A stretch of 64,000 bases of DNA from Balamuthia mandrillaris (GCA_031835245.2 JAVKOQ020000032.1:1-64000), one strand, 5' to 3'; counted from the first letter of the stretch, positions 38,101 through 52,327 are shown. Notes: generated by a model not told the origin, from the letters alone. Translations and numbers: made by a program.

Positions 38101-41100
38101 TTGCAACAAGCGAAGTGGGATCTACAGAAGAGCAACCAGCTCTGCGAAGAGCGGCAGGCCTTGATGGAGCAAAAGGCGGAAAAATGTAGGGAGTTAAAAA
38201 AGCAGCTCTTAGATAAAGAGAAAGAAGCAAAGAAGAAAGATACTCAGTTGCTCAAGCTGGAAAAGAAGGCTCTTACTCGCAAAAAAGAGCTTGAGGACAA
38301 AGGCAAGGAGTTGAAGGCCAGACATGAGGAGATCAAGGCATTAACTGCCGATAATGAGGAGAGTTTGAAACGGCTACAGGCCAAAGAGGAAGAGATTGAA
38401 GGACTCAACAAGCGGCTGGAGGCTGCTAATGAAAAGCTCAAAGCGAAGGAGAAGGAATTGCAAGCGATGAAAGAGAAAGGTGAAGCAGTTGAACACGAGC
38501 TGAATGAAGCCATCAGGGCAAAAGAGAAAGAAAAGACCGATCTCAACGCCTCTCTGAAGCAAAAGGAAAAGGAATACACGCAAAAAGTCGACGAAGTTCA
38601 GAATCTTAAGAAACAACTTTCAGCTCAAACATCAACCCTGAATACAGTTCAGGTACGTAAATTCGAGTTGGCTTCTAGCATATGTTTTGTGGTTGCTCGT
38701 TTATTTATACATTGAATATTTGCATTTCCATTCTATCAAAAAAAAAAAAAAATGAAAATGAAAACAGGAAGAGAAAGCGGGCTTGAGCGAACGGTTGGAG
38801 AAGACGCTCCACAAACTGCAGGAGAAGGAAAAGGAGCTGGGGGTTGTGCAAAAGGATTTGGCCCGCAAACAGGGCAAACTCGACAAGATGAAGCTGGACC
38901 TCAGTCGTTTGCAAGACAAATACAAGGAAACAAAGGAGGCAACCAAGGCACTGCGGAAGAGCAAGCAAGAATTGGCCACGTCTCTGCGTCAAGCAGAAGA
39001 TGCAAAGAAGGTGTTGAGCTCGGAAGTAGAGTCCTTGACGCAAGTGAAGAAGGAACTGCAACAGACCCTCGAGGAAACGATCTCGGAATTGACGCTTCGC
39101 AAAACAGCGGAGACCAATCTGGAGACCATGCTCTTGGAAACGAGCCAAAACCTGCAAAAGGTGCAGACCACGCTCAAGAATACTGAAGAGGAGTTCAAGG
39201 CAATAAAGCAAGAGAAAGCTCAATTGCTGGCCGAAAAGGAGAAGGACCTAGAAAAACAAGGACAAGAGCTGAAAGCTATGCAGGCCCAAAGAGCAGAGAG
39301 GGAAGGGCAGCTGCAGCATCGGATCGAGAAGTTGCAGGAGGTGAAGAAGCAGCTGCAGGAGCGCTCTAAGGAGCTGCGGGAACAGAGAGATACAGCTGCA
39401 GAGCAGGGCGAGGAGCGATATCAACAGTTGCAGGACAAGACCAAGGAGCTCGCGGAGCTGAAGCGTAAGTATGAGAAGCGCTTCAAAGAGATGAGGGAAC
39501 GTTATGAAAAGCTAGGAGTGTCACGGCGGAGGATCAAAGCAGATGCAGGCGAGGATCCCCAAAACGACAAAGCCAAGGCCAAGAAGATGGACAAGAGGAG
39601 TTTGGTGACCAAAGAGATTCTTACTACGGAGCGTACCTATGTGCAGACGCTGAGGACAGTTGTGGACGTGTTCTTGAAGCCACTCAAGGGTCCAAAGAAG
39701 GACTTGTTGCCAGCAGAGACGGTAGAGAGAATATTCTCCGGTGTGGAAATCATCCTGAACTACCATCAGGACGTGCTGAAGCGATTGGAACGCTGCATCG
39801 AACCACCGGAGAACGCAGACGAGATGGAAGCCTGGCAAAGGGAAGAGAGCGAAAGCCTCAGCACCATTTTGCTCAATATGGGCGATGGCTTGCTGACAGT
39901 CTACCTGCCATTCGTCTACAACTACGCACAGAGTCAGTGGACCCTGCAAAAGTGTTTGGAGGAAATGCCTACGTTCGCCTCCTGGTATGCTAGCGATGAT
40001 ATCGTAGAAGCCACCAACGGCTATGATCTGCACGCTCTCATCATCGTGCCCATCCAACGTATTCCTCGCTACCGCCTCCTCTTGACGGAACTGGTCAAGT
40101 ACACGGAAGAAGACCGGCCGGACTATGCTGATCTAACCCGCGCTCTCGCGAAGATTAGCACGGTTGCCCAGCAAATCAATCTCAAGGCCAACCAGTTCGA
40201 GAATACCAAGAAAGCTTTTGCCCGCATTCGTGGCACTGCCCATCTCCAATCCGGCACAAGGCTTCTACTCAAGGAAGGCGTGTTCAAGAACAGCGGAACC
40301 AAGCGCAATCAAACTATCTTCCTCTATCTCTTTGATGATATGCTGCTAGAGGCTCGTCCTACCGCTGAGAAGAAACTCTTGAAAAAGAAGTTGGCCAAAG
40401 GACGTCACAACACCTCCAGCGGTACTGCTGGCAGTGGAACTACCCCTGGCAACAGTGCTAGTGGTGGTGGTGGAAGCGGCAGTCCTACCAGCGGTGGCCC
40501 AGCGATGAGCAGCGGCAACCAAGCTGACGATTACAGTACCATGGAACTGACCATGCGTCAAGTCTTCAACCTCTACCAGGTGGAAGTTCAGTTGGTGCCT
40601 GAAACCAAGCATGATAAACACGCCTTCAAAATCATATGCACCTCCAACGAAGGCAAAGGGGACAAAGGAGGTCCGCAGATGGTGTGGCTCTACGCCTCCT
40701 CTGAAGAGGAGAAGGCAGAGTGGTTGGAGGTCATCGCGCAGGCTAAGAGACAACTTCGAGCCAAGACCAGAAAGGACACTTCCAAGGGCCTTGCTGATAA
40801 GTACGAACTGGAGGACACCATAGAGAGCCTGAAGAGGAAGCTCGGGCAACAGGAAAAGCAGATGGAGTTGCTGCGACAGGACTTGGAATGGGCCAAACGA
40901 GACGCCACCTCCTTCGAAAAAGAACTGCAGGAGACCAAGGAAGAGGCAGAGGAGATGCGCAAAGAGCTCAAAGAGAAGAGCAAAGAGCTCGCCTTGGTGG
41001 CCAAGCAAAAGGCAGTACTTGAGTCAGATCTAGAAGAGAAAGAAGAAAAACTGGCCAAGAAGGAGAAAGGTTTACTCGACTTGATGAGTCGCAAGAAGGA

Positions 41101-41670
41101 CGAACTGCTTAAGCAAGCTCCTGGTGGCAAAACTACCACTGCCAGGGCTGTGGGTTCTGGCGGTGGTGCGAGCTCGGCAGAAATGGACGCTTTGCTCCAA
41201 GAACAAATGAAGCAGCTAGAAGACATGCATAAAGATCTGCACAAGAAAGACGAAAAGCTTCGGTCACAAAGAGAGGAATTGCAAAGCGCACAGAAGCAAC
41301 TGGAAGAGAAGCAGAAGGCGCTTGAGGAGAAAATCGGTCTTGTGAAAGAGCAAAAGAAGAAAGTTAAAGACTACGAAAAGAAGCTTAGAAAGAATGAAGA
41401 ATCTCTTAAAGATCTTACCTCTCGCTATGAGGAAGCGCAACAAGATCTAAAGGAGAAACAAAAAGAACTCTCAGAGCGAGAAAAGGAGTTGGTGGAGAGA
41501 GATAAGGAATTGGATGAAATGGGAAAGAAACATGAAGAGAAGATTCGGCTACAACAGGACCAAATCAAGCTTCTGCAGGTCACAAAGAAAGACCTCACAG
41601 AGCGGTTACAGCGCCTCCGCGCCAAAGAAGAAGAACTCACTCAGCAGCAGCAAGGTCTCTACTCTCGCGT

Positions 41671-41709
<39 letters not shown>

Positions 41710-44700
41710 GCCTCCACAATTATTAATTTTTTCCGTGATTCTGTAAAAATACATAGTAACGGAGGCAGAGTTGCAGCAGACTACAGAGGAGTTAAATGAC
41801 GTAAAGCAAGAAAGCGAAGAGAAAGAAAAGCAGCTGCAAGAACTGGGCGCTGAGCTGAGCGAGGTGAAAAAGCGCCTGGAAGAAAGTGAAAAACAGTTGA
41901 GCATACGCACGAAAGAGTTGGAATGGAGCAAATCAGATAGAGAGAATCTGGAGAGCGAACTAGCCCAAGTAAGGGAAGAATACGAGGAGCTAGAGAAGGA
42001 CGCTTCAGCAAAGAAGAAAGAAATCAGTGCGTTGTTGAAAGAGAAGAAGGCCAAGGAAAAGAGTATTGAAGCAAAGACACGAGAGCTAAGCCAGAAAGAA
42101 AAGCAGTTCAGCAAAGCGTTGGCCCAGAGCGAAAAGCAAACGGAAGAATGGGAAAAACGATTCAAAGAGGCGGAAGCCGAAGTGGCGCATCAGAAGGCGG
42201 AACTGGAGGGATTGACCGCGATGTTGGACAAAGTTAAAGCAGCGCTGAGCACAGCCAAGAAGCAGAACGAAGCGAAGGACAAGGAGCTGGAGGACCGTCG
42301 AAAAGAGATGGAAGGGCTGAAGCAAATGGAAATCACGGAGATAAGGGAGCGCATGGAGAACGCAGAGAACGAACTGTTGGAGAAGAAAGTAGAACTGAAC
42401 GAGAAGACAGAGGAGTTGGCATTGTTGATCCAGCACCTTCAAAGCAGAGACCAGGAGCTACAGGCCAAGGACAAAGAAGCTGCCGAAAAAGAGGAACAGT
42501 GGGACAACGAAATCGAGGAGGAAAGGAAGCGAGTGGTCACCCTCCGGTTAAAACTGCAAGAACAAACCCAAAAGCTTGCCGACGTCAAGGCCGCTTTTAA
42601 GGAAGAAAAGAAAGCGTTGCTGAAGAAGGAACGTGCTGCTTTGGCCGAGAAAGATGCTCTCATCAAGGAAAAGGAAAAGGAGATCATGTTCATAACGGAG
42701 CAGAACGCGGAGGCGAATTTGCTACTGGAAGCCAAGGTCATGCGGTTGGAAGGCTCTCTCCGCCAATACAAGACAGACAAGTTAGAACTACAGCAGAAAG
42801 AAAGAGAATTGAGGCAGGAGTTCCGCGAGAAACTGCAGGAGAAGGACGAGGAGCTGAAGCTGCGCATGAAGGAAGCCATGCTAAACGTGGACGAGAGATT
42901 GAAAGAAGCCGAACGCTTCAATACGGAACTACAAAAGTTGAAGGACAAACACCTTGAGTGGCAGCAAACGACGGAGGAGAAGCATAACGCGGAACTAGCT
43001 AGACTATCCAAGCAAAGCGGAGAGAGAAAACGAATGCTGGCGGTGGCCTTAACGCGCGTCGACGACCTCAAAGCCAAAAAGAAAAAGCTGAAGCACAAGT
43101 ACAAAGACTTGCGCGAGGCCAACAAGACCCAAGTGGAAAAGAACGAAAAGCTGGCCAGTCTGGTGTCCTCCAAAGAAAAAGAGCTGGCGAGCTGCACCAA
43201 AGACCTGGAGACCTTGCGCCGAACTAGCACCGAGAAAGAGGAAGCCATGCAAGCTCGCATTGTGGAGTTGGAGTACCTCACCAAGAACATGGACAAAACT
43301 CAGGAGGAGCTGCTAGCTGCCTCTTGGGAGAACGGTGCCAAGCAGCGCGAGCTGGACGATAAGATCAAAGGACTGGAGGCTGCCCTGAAGAAGGCGGGCA
43401 AGAACGAGAAGAAGTACAACCAGGGCAAAGCGGAGCTCTTCGAGGCAGCCAATGCGTTGGAGGAGAAGAAGAGAGAGCTGGAGGATGCCCTTAAAGCCTC
43501 GGCGGAAAAGGACAAGCAAATGACGGAGCAGCTCAAAGACATCTCTCTATTGAAGAAGGAGATCAAGCACAAGAAGCAAGACCTCCAGGTGCTCGTCATG
43601 GACAAGGAGGAGCTTCAAAGCAAAGTAGATAAACTGGAGGAGACCAAAAAGCAGCTGCAGGAAAAGGTGCGCAAGCTGAAGGAGATGAAGAAGCTCAAGC
43701 ACCTGAACGAACAGCAACAAGAAGCCCTCAAGTCGTTGCAACTGCAATATGATTCGCTCAAGAATGCCAAAAAGGATCTCAGGGACACCAACAAAGAGCT
43801 GGAGCGCAAGGTCAAATCCCTCCAAAACGACCTCGCCAAATCCAAAGACGAATATGCTCTGCTGCAGCGCCAACATGACACGAAGCAGAAGCAGCTGCAC
43901 GACATGAAAGAAATCCTGCAACGTCTTCACAAGGCTCATCGTGGCAAGAAAGAAGACCGCGTGCAGAAGGTCAAGAGCGTGGCCCTTGGTGCGGTCGGTA
44001 AGCAGCGTCGTGGTAGCCTAGATTCCAGATCGGAACCAGCCTCGCCCTACGCCTCTGAAACTGAAACTGATGACTCATCCATGAGCGATTACCCGCAACA
44101 CGCTTCTTCTGCAGCTGTGCCACGACGCCGAGCACCAGCTCACATGGGAGCTGCCTCTGCCTCTCTATTTGACCAGCTGGTCTTGTTGGGTACTGCCTCT
44201 CGTCGCACTACCACCATTCCATACGGAGTGATGGAGGATATGTTGGCCTCCTCTCCATCCTCTCTTTCTTCGTCCCGCACTTCCAGCCCTTCTTCCTCCC
44301 CTCACGCCACCCTCAAACCTTCCTCCTCTGCTGATGCTGGTACTACCACTCCTGTTATCAGTGTTCTTTCCTCTACTCCGCCTGCGCATGTTAGTTTACT
44401 TGCCTCTCCTCGTGGCGGTAGTAGCACTCCTCTTGGCTCACCGCGTGGTGGTGGGAGCACGTTGTCTTCTCCGCGTACAGCTGCGTCCACAGGAGGAGTT
44501 ACCACCAGCAGCGAAAGTGAGGGCGGGGGGGAGCCACGGAAAGGACGCAAAAACAAAAACGGGAGTAAGAGTCAGTCTGCATCCCCATCTCGTAGTCCTT
44601 CTTCACCTTCCGCCCCTTCTTCCAAGAAGACGACCAGTGAATTGTCATCACACGAGGAAGAAGCGGATGAACCACAACAATCATCGCAGGAGCTCGAGGA

Positions 44701-45238
44701 GGAACTGGAAGAAGAAGGATGCAAATCCGAGTCCGAGGCTGAGAAGGACAAAGATCAGATTTTGAGTGGCGGCTCCAAAGACATCCCAAAGAAAGAACAC
44801 AAATTGGTCTCTCGTGTTCCTTTTTTCTCCTCAAAACGATCCTCCCCGGCTGCTTCTACTAGCACCACGAAGACCACGGCTGAGGGTGATAAAGATGCAA
44901 AGGATGAAAAGAGCAAGAAAGAGGCAAAAGACAAAAAGCACAAGGACAAGAAAGAACAGAAAGCGAAAGACGAGAAAGAAAAAGAAGCGGAGAAAGAACC
45001 AGAAACAGAAAAAGAAGTGGAGCAGGACAAGACCAAACAAAACAGCCAACAAGACAAAGATCACGCTGCTGCTGACAAACCCGTGGAAGAGAAGAAAGAG
45101 AAAGCTGAAGAAGAACTTCTTGAACAAGAAGGCGATAAGGACAAAGCTAAAACTGGCGGCGAACCTTCTGCTGCAGGAGGCGGCTTTTCTTTGTTGAGAT
45201 GGGCCACCGGCAAAAACAAACGACCTTCCGGAAGTTGA
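35188..45238 (+). CDS. Giant coiled-coil RhoGEF (DH-PH), ~3240 codons, 4 exons
   Basis: Phase-consistent exons 35188-37909, 38024-38652, 38768-41654, 41757-45238. DH motifs EILTTERTYV and PIQRIPRYRLLL; PH YLFDDMLL...EEKAEWL. Confidence 0.9.
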
Positions 45239-45498
45239 GTCTTTGTGGCTTTTGAAGAGCATTGTCATCCTCTTTTCTTCCCACCTTTTTTTTCCCCTTG
45301 TATTGTATACCTTTTTCAAAATAACGCCCTTGTTTTCATACCTCTCCCCTTGCAGTCGTCGGTTCTCTCTCTCTCTCTCTCTCTCGCCAAGTTTACCCAA
45401 GGGCAGGAGTAATGCATTACCTGCATGAAAGGGTATGATGATGGAATGAGCAATAATTTAAAAATAGAGAAAGGAAGAACGGCAACTCTCGAGTAAAC

Positions 45499-47826
45499 AT
45501 GGAGAAGGGAGAGGAGGTAGGCGACCAGAGGCAACGGCCAAAAACCGCGAAGAAGAAAGGCCAGAAAGACCGCGCCATCAAAACAAAGAAGAAGAAGAAG
45601 AAGAAGAAAGAAGCAGCACCTGAACGCCCAAAAGCCAACAAAAAGCGGACTACGAACAAACAGAAGCTGATGGACACGACGACGAAGAAGAAAAAGAACA
45701 AACGGGGAGCAGAGAGAGAACAAGAGCCGGCCGCTGCTACTGTCTACAGCGAGTTTGTGCCCTCTACCTTTGCTGTGGAGTTGTCCCCACCTAGCCCCTC
45801 CTCCTCCGCTGTTGTATCGCTGTCGCAGCAGAGGAGCGAGAAAGCGGAAGAAGAAAAGGTAACCTACTTGCTTTGCCCTTCGAGAAAGCGACGGTGCCCT
45901 GCAATGGCAACCAAAGTAAAGCATGCCTAACCCTTATTTTCTCTCAACCAAAGAAGACGGTGTACAGCCACAAGCGCAAAGGGATTCAGCGTAAAAGGAC
46001 TCCAGAGCTTCGCCAACAACCACAACATCAACGGTTTGAAGTCGCTGGTTACCTGCTGCGAAGGCCAAACAAAGGTGACGCGGAGGAAGAAGAAGAAGAA
46101 GAGGGGACCACAACCTGTAGCAGCAGTAGTGAGGAGGAGATGGATACCACCAACCAAAAGGCCAGCAGATGTGTTCGACGGCAACCCATGGCAGAAGAGA
46201 GGCTATTGCTGGTGCCAGGAACACGGTTGGACCTTGTTGCTTTTTCTTCCGAGACTGGTGGCGGGGTTGCTCCTTCTTCAGACAGAAAAACAAGGAGAAG
46301 AACCTGCTCGCCTCGACGCCCACAGCAACAACTACAACAAAAACAACAACACCATAGGCAAACACGACCAAGAAGCCGCTCTGACTCTGCTCAATCCTCC
46401 ATTACCGCTACCACTCTTGCTGCTGCTACCACAGTCACCACGACCACCACAACAACTACATCACAGTCCTCCACCACCTCTTCTTCTTCAGAGAGCGTTC
46501 AGTGCCTTCAACATGACGTCCTTCAGCACTTGAGGGAAGTCACTGAGAACTTGGGTGCAGCTGGCCTGTCACCAAAGTTGCCCACCAACGCCGCTACCAC
46601 CGCAAAAACCACTGCCAGCACGGTTTCTACCACCACCACCACCACAAGGGCAGCTGCTCCCAAACGGCTGCAACAACCACAGAATTTCAGTTCATTATCT
46701 GGAGGTTATGTCGGTAATGGTGATAGTGACTGTGAAAGCTATGATAGTGATTATGATGACGACGATGGTAGTGACGATGAGAATGAAGGCTTCAGTGCAA
46801 GTCAGCACCCTGTTGCTACCAAAACCAAGTCTCGAACACCTATTACTACCCCACAACTGCACCAGATTGTGATTCTCAATATTGGTTTCTCCCTCCCTCC
46901 TTCCATCTCCCTCTTTCTTCTCTCTTTCTCTCTCTCTCTCTCTCGTCATTCATGTGCCGGCCTTTCTCTCCACAGCCGCTAATTATTTAAGAATCAACAG
47001 GAGGACGTAAGTTTAGCACACTATGGAGCACTCTCCTCAAATATCCAGAGAATAGCCTTTTAGCCAAGATATTTGGAAGCACCAACTGGCAAGCACAACT
47101 CGCTGAAGATGGTATTTGTCAAATCGATTCTCCTTCCGTTCCATTCTCTAACCACACTGGCAAGAACAGGCAGTTACTTTATAGACCGCGATCCGGCATA
47201 TTTCTCTTCCGTGTTGAACTTTCTAAGAAGTGGAGTGCTGGTATGGCCACGTTCTGCCACTCACCGCAAGCAACTGTTGCTTGAGTGTCAGTTTTATGGC
47301 ATTATGCAACAAGTATGCCTCATTCCACGACGTCAGTTTTGCGAGCACGCCATTCAACTCTTTGGAAGGTATTTGCTTGAGCTTGTGTTCTGTGTTATTT
47401 TATGCTAATTCTCTTCGTTTGCTGCTAATGGTTAGCCCTCTCCATCACGATGCAATCAACCACAGAAGCCTCGCTTTCCTTTTAGCTGATGACCGTTTGC
47501 AGCTTACAGGTACATTCCGCTTCCCGTATTTTTTTTTTTTTCATTTTGAGTCTGGCTGACTTGATCTCTTTGAAGTGAGCCTTTCAGAGTACTTTCCAGA
47601 CGAGCCACCAGTACTACAGGCAACTGTTATATCATTCGAAACTAGTCACAATAGTGCAGATGAATGTACAAAAACAAGGAGAAAGATGATGACGGAGCCA
47701 CAAACATTTTGTCATTATATGCGTTGCACGAGGGGAGATATGGATCCTATCTACATCGCAAAGTATGTTCATAAGTTTGTGCACGATATGCTGCCCTACA
47801 TCCTCCTCAATGCTTATTCACCATAA
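45499..47826 (+). CDS. KCTD-type BTB/POZ domain protein with long low-complexity N-terminus (multi-exon)
   Basis: IVILNIG|GRKFST and YFIDRDPAYFSSVLNFLRSG motifs. The start codon is uncertain. Confidence 0.75.
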
Positions 47827-47970
47827 TATCTTCTTCGCTTTGAAATATACTTCAACTGTACAAATGTAAAGTGTTTTAAAAAATGAAAAAGAAAAAAGCA
47901 AAGTTTTTTTTTGTTGGTGATTGAATAAATAAAAATAAACAGTTTTAACATGTAACAAAAGATCGCCTCG

Positions 47971-48876
47971 TTATTGTACTTCCCCTTGCTTTTGTTCTTT
48001 CCGTTGTTCCACCAGCTCATCCTCTGTCTCTTCAGATTCCTTATCTTCTTCTGTGCCTTGTTCATCAAGTATGTCTTCTTGGACTGGCGTTTCTTCTTTT
48101 TGTTCTCCATGTTGTTGGTGCGGTTCTCGTTCTTGGTCTTGTTCCGCTGTTTCCACCTTTTGAGGCGCGTTCTCGTACTGCAAACTATCAAGCGAATCAA
48201 CCACTTCGATGGCCTGTTGTACTCGCAACACGATGGCTTTTCTTTGCTTACGTAGGGACGGGTCTCCGCCAGTCTCTATCGAATCCAACCTTTCCAAACG
48301 TCTCACCAGCTCTTCCTCCAGCAGGGCACATCTCTTCTCTATCTCTTGTTTCGTTAAGCTCGTCTCGCTTTCTTCTCCGGGAGTATTGGCATCCACTTCA
48401 TCCTCGGTTTCTTGGTTTTGTTGATTACTAATTCGCTGTTTGAGGTCGTGAATGCTACTTTCGAGGCGGTCCACTTCAGCCAAAACCGTTTGTAGCTTGT
48501 CAGTGGCAGAAGGAGGACCCGCAGCACTTAGCTTCTTTTCTTCTGGTGGTTGTTCTGTTACTTCTGGTACCTCGGCAGGGTGAGAGCGCTCCTTCGGAAT
48601 ACCCAACAACAAGAACTCGGGTTGTAGGTGCGAAAGGCTGGCAATAGCGCGGCCGTCATCGGCCAGACCTGATTCGTCTTTGGTAAGCCCGACTAATGTC
48701 TGCTCGGAGGGAGGCACTCCGGTCAGCACCGACAGTTTTTGTTTGAGCAGCTTCATGGTGGCGTCCTCGGGAAGGGTGAGGGTGAATCGCGTGTCGTTCC
48801 AGTTGCACACTAAGTTCCATTCCTTCGCAGCAGCAGCATTGCCTCCCCCTGGGAGAGAAGACACCAAGGAGCCCAT
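47971..48876 (-). CDS. Ubiquitin-like + BAG domain co-chaperone (BAG1-like architecture)
   Basis: UBL LKQKLSVLTGVPPSEQTLVG; BAG LEEELVRRLERLDSIET..LRKQRKAIVLRVQ; N-terminal MGSLVS. Confidence 0.85.
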   Translation of the reverse strand: MGSLVSSLPGGGNAAAAKEWNLVCNWNDTRFTLTLPEDATMKLLKQKLSVLTGVPPSEQTLVGLTKDESGLADDGRAIASLSHLQPEFLLLGIPKERSHPAEVPEVTEQPPEEKKLSAAGPPSATDKLQTVLAEVDRLESSIHDLKQRISNQQNQETEDEVDANTPGEESETSLTKQEIEKRCALLEEELVRRLERLDSIETGGDPSLRKQRKAIVLRVQQAIEVVDSLDSLQYENAPQKVETAEQDQEREPHQQHGEQKEETPVQEDILDEQGTEEDKESEETEDELVEQRKEQKQGEVQ

Positions 48877-48931
48877 CCCTTTCTCTCTTCTTGTCTATCT
48901 CTTCTGTTACTTTTTTTTCCCCTCGCCCTGC

Positions 48932-48957
48932 TGACGTCATATTCACGGCTGACGTCA
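48932..48957. promoter_or_regulatory. Two perfect TGACGTCA (CRE/ATF-type) palindromes in a divergent promoter
   Basis: TGACGTCA at 48932-48939 and 48950-48957, 56-81 bp upstream of the BAG gene ATG. Confidence 0.45.
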
Positions 48958-49200
48958 GACAGCTGTTCTTGCCTATCTCCATCTTCAACCTAATAGGAAT
49001 GCCCCGAAAATGCAGTAATGGCCCACCAGGGAAAGGCCAAGGCCGCCATTACACGCAAATGTAAAGCTTTTTTTGGACACTTGGTTCCTATAAATTGGCC
49101 CTTCCACTCAGCACAGCCCCAAAATATTGAGAAGCTGGTATTTTTGTTTTCGTTTTTTTTAATATAAAAGAAAGACAAGGAAGAGGGTAAAAGGCCAAAC

Positions 49201-51302
49201 ATGTTACGGGGACAGGCTGCCCTGGTGGCCTGGGCGCAGAAGACCACCTACGGCTACAGCGGCGTCAATGTACAGAACCTCTCGGAGTCATGGAGGGACG
49301 GCCTCGCCTTTGCCGCCTTGGTGCACAGCTACGCCCCGCCGGGCTCCTACGACTGGGAGGAAATGTTGCAGCTCACCCCTCTCGAAAGGATGAAAAAGGC
49401 CTTTGCCGTGGCTACCGCAATGGGCGTGCCGCCCTTGATGGACGCTGAGGACGTGCTGGCAGGCTCTCGCCCTGACCTCTTTGCTATTTCAACCTACCTC
49501 ACTTCGTACGTTACGCGCGCTTTGATTTTTGATTCATTCTCCTCCTCTTTGCTTCCTTTTACTGAGCCATTGATGTGTTTATTTTCTTCTGTTTTTCATG
49601 TTGCTATCAGAATGTATAAGGTCTTTCGGCCTCTTCCGCTCACCGGTTCCTCCGACAACCTCAGAGCCCGAGCACGAACTGAGGTTTGTCTTCCGTCACA
49701 CTTGCGCGCCTTTTCCGTTATACTCACGCTTTTTATGTTCTTCCCTCCCTTTCTCTCCTTCTGTCCACCTTCGCTTTCTTCCATCCTTCTGCAAAAAAGC
49801 CGGGCACCTCATTAACGAAGGTACCAGTAAACAGCACGGGACCGACTTGCGCTGGATGTAACGATATGATAGGTGGTACTGCCATCACTTGGATGAACAA
49901 GGACTTCCACATGAGCTGCTTCCGTTGTGCCGGCTGCCAACGCGAGTTGGCGAACCTGGGCGGTTGTCTCAACGTGGATGACAGTCCGGTACTCTGCTTA
50001 CTTTTCTTCCTTTGCTTTCTTGTTCCCTTCAGCATTGTTTCTATTCTAACACACATGAACATAACAAAGTATTGTGAGCAGTGCGGAAGGCAGGCATGGA
50101 TTAATGCTACGAGGCCTGGACAGCCTCGTCCAAAGCCTGCGCTTAACAGGACGGTCAGCGAGGCGAGAGGCTTGGCTGCTCATGCCACTCATGTTTCTGG
50201 GTACCTCTTCGAGTCAAGTTTTTTTTGCTGCTGTGGTTCTTTTCATGTTGCATAACACATTATTCAATCGTACAGATCACCGCTAGGATCCAGCTCAGGA
50301 TTAAACAGAGTACGACCTCGAAGCGAAGAGCCGCTGTGGAAGAAGAAACAAAGGGAAAAGGAGCAGATGATGAAAGAGCAGGAAGCGGAAAAGGCCAGGT
50401 TGAAGGAAGAAAAGGTGAAGCAGGAAATGGAGAGGTTGAAAAGAGAGAAAGAGGAGCGACTGCTGCAAAAGGAAGCCAAAGAAAAGGAGAACACGGAGCT
50501 AGACACACTGCAGGACGAGAAGGAAAGAAAGGAGCGCGAAGTCAGAGAAGAAAAGGAAAGAGAGGAAAGAGCCAAAGAAAGAGAACGAGATGAAAAGGCC
50601 AAAGAGAAAGAAAGAGAAGAAAAAGAGAGAGAAGAAACTGAAAGAGAAAAGAGAGAAAGAGGAAGAGAAGCAAGAAAAAGAGAACGAGAAGAAAGAGAAA
50701 AAGCGGAAAGAGAAGAAACCGAAAAACAAGCAGCCGCAAAAAGCACCAAACAAGAGGGTGAAAGTGAGGATGCACAGCTCTCGATTGATGCATTACGGCA
50801 AAGAATCGAAGAGAAAAAGAAGAAAATAGAAGAGCTGAAACGAAAAGAAGAGGAAGCCACAAAAATACTAGAAGAAAAAAGAGCAAATAGGGAGGAACGA
50901 AGAAATGAGGAACCAGAAACCGCGGAGCAACGCGAGAAAGAAAGAGAGCAGAAGCGAAAGGAACGAGAAAGCAAACAACAGGAAGAGGAACTTGCGTTCC
51001 AGCAACGAAGAGAAGCCAGGAGGAAGAGGCTGGAAGAACTACTTCTCCCGGTCGCTACAGGTGATGACGAAAGCAAAGATGCACCGATGTCTCCAACAAC
51101 TGCGGAGCTTAGAAGAAGAAAGCAGCAAAGAGAGCAAGAGAAGCTGGAAGAGGAGGAAAAGGTGTTGCACGACAGAAAGGAACGAGAAAGACGAAGAGAG
51201 GAAAGGCAAAAGCAACTGGACTTGGAAATCCAGCGTCAGGACGAAGAGCGTAAAAGAAATAGGGCCGAAAGAAGAAAACGTCTTGGCTTGCTAAACTCTT
51301 GA
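49201..51302 (+). CDS. Calponin-homology + LIM domain protein with charged helical tail (multi-exon)
   Basis: CH SWRDGLAFAALVH; LIM CAGC..FHMSCFRCAGC..YCEQC; E/R/K-rich C-terminus. Confidence 0.85.
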
Positions 51303-51340
51303 AAAGTTTCTTTGTTGTCTTGTTTTGTTGTATTCATATC

Positions 51341-51623
51341 TTACTTTCCTTCTTCTTTCTCTGTTAATGAAGAAGAAAACAAACTTTCCTCAGCTTTCTC
51401 CCAAATGTCATACAAGCTTCGTTTGATGCTCTCGTTGGGCTCAAAGATGTGACCAATGGCTCCCTTTGATACCTGGAACAGATCTTTCCGTGATAGCTGA
51501 AAGGCCTCCGCGGCCAAAGTGTATTCCTTGGAAAGAGTCGTGGAGAACACTCCCTTGTCGTCCGTCTGTCAAAAAACCAAGTCAGCCTCAGCTGCAAAGA
51601 GAAAGAGAAAAGAGAGAGAGAGT

Positions 51624-51668
<45 letters not shown>

Positions 51669-52112
51669 ACATACGCATAAAATAACAGGATGAGAGGCTT
51701 GGTAAAAGTCCTTGAAATGGTGCATCGTCAAGGAGTCGACGCTCTTAGTCATTAGATTGGACGTGAGACATATCTCAATCGGTATGGTGCTGTGCAGCAG
51801 CAGCTCGTGCAACTCCTGCGAAAGGAAGCAAGCGTGACCAACACGTCCAGGCTTCAACGAAATCACTCTCTCTGTTTCAGTTGGGTTGACAATCTCAGCC
51901 ATGTGCAACGTCAAAGGGAGATCCACGTCCTCCCCTCTTGCTTTAGCAAAGGCCGGGAGGAAAGTGTCCAAAGTCCCTTCATGAGGATTGCCTGACCAGT
52001 CGATGCCCACCACTCCGTCCTTCTTAAAGCGCTGTGCAAGTTCTACCGTCTCCATTGCTTCCTCTCTGTAGCCAAGTATATAACCAGCAGTTAGAGAGCG
52101 CAGACAACAGAA

Positions 52113-52154
<42 letters not shown>

Positions 52155-52327
52155 AGAGAAAGAGTTAACTGGCTTTGGGTGCGATTAATGCTGAGAAGAA
52201 GGCGGGAGATGATGGGCAACCGTTCGTTGCACTCGTTCATCACTCGCAGCACCGTTTCGACATAGCTTTGTTTAGTCATGCCGGACTCTGGGTTTGCTCG
52301 TGGTGTTGTACGCAACTATCCAAAGGA

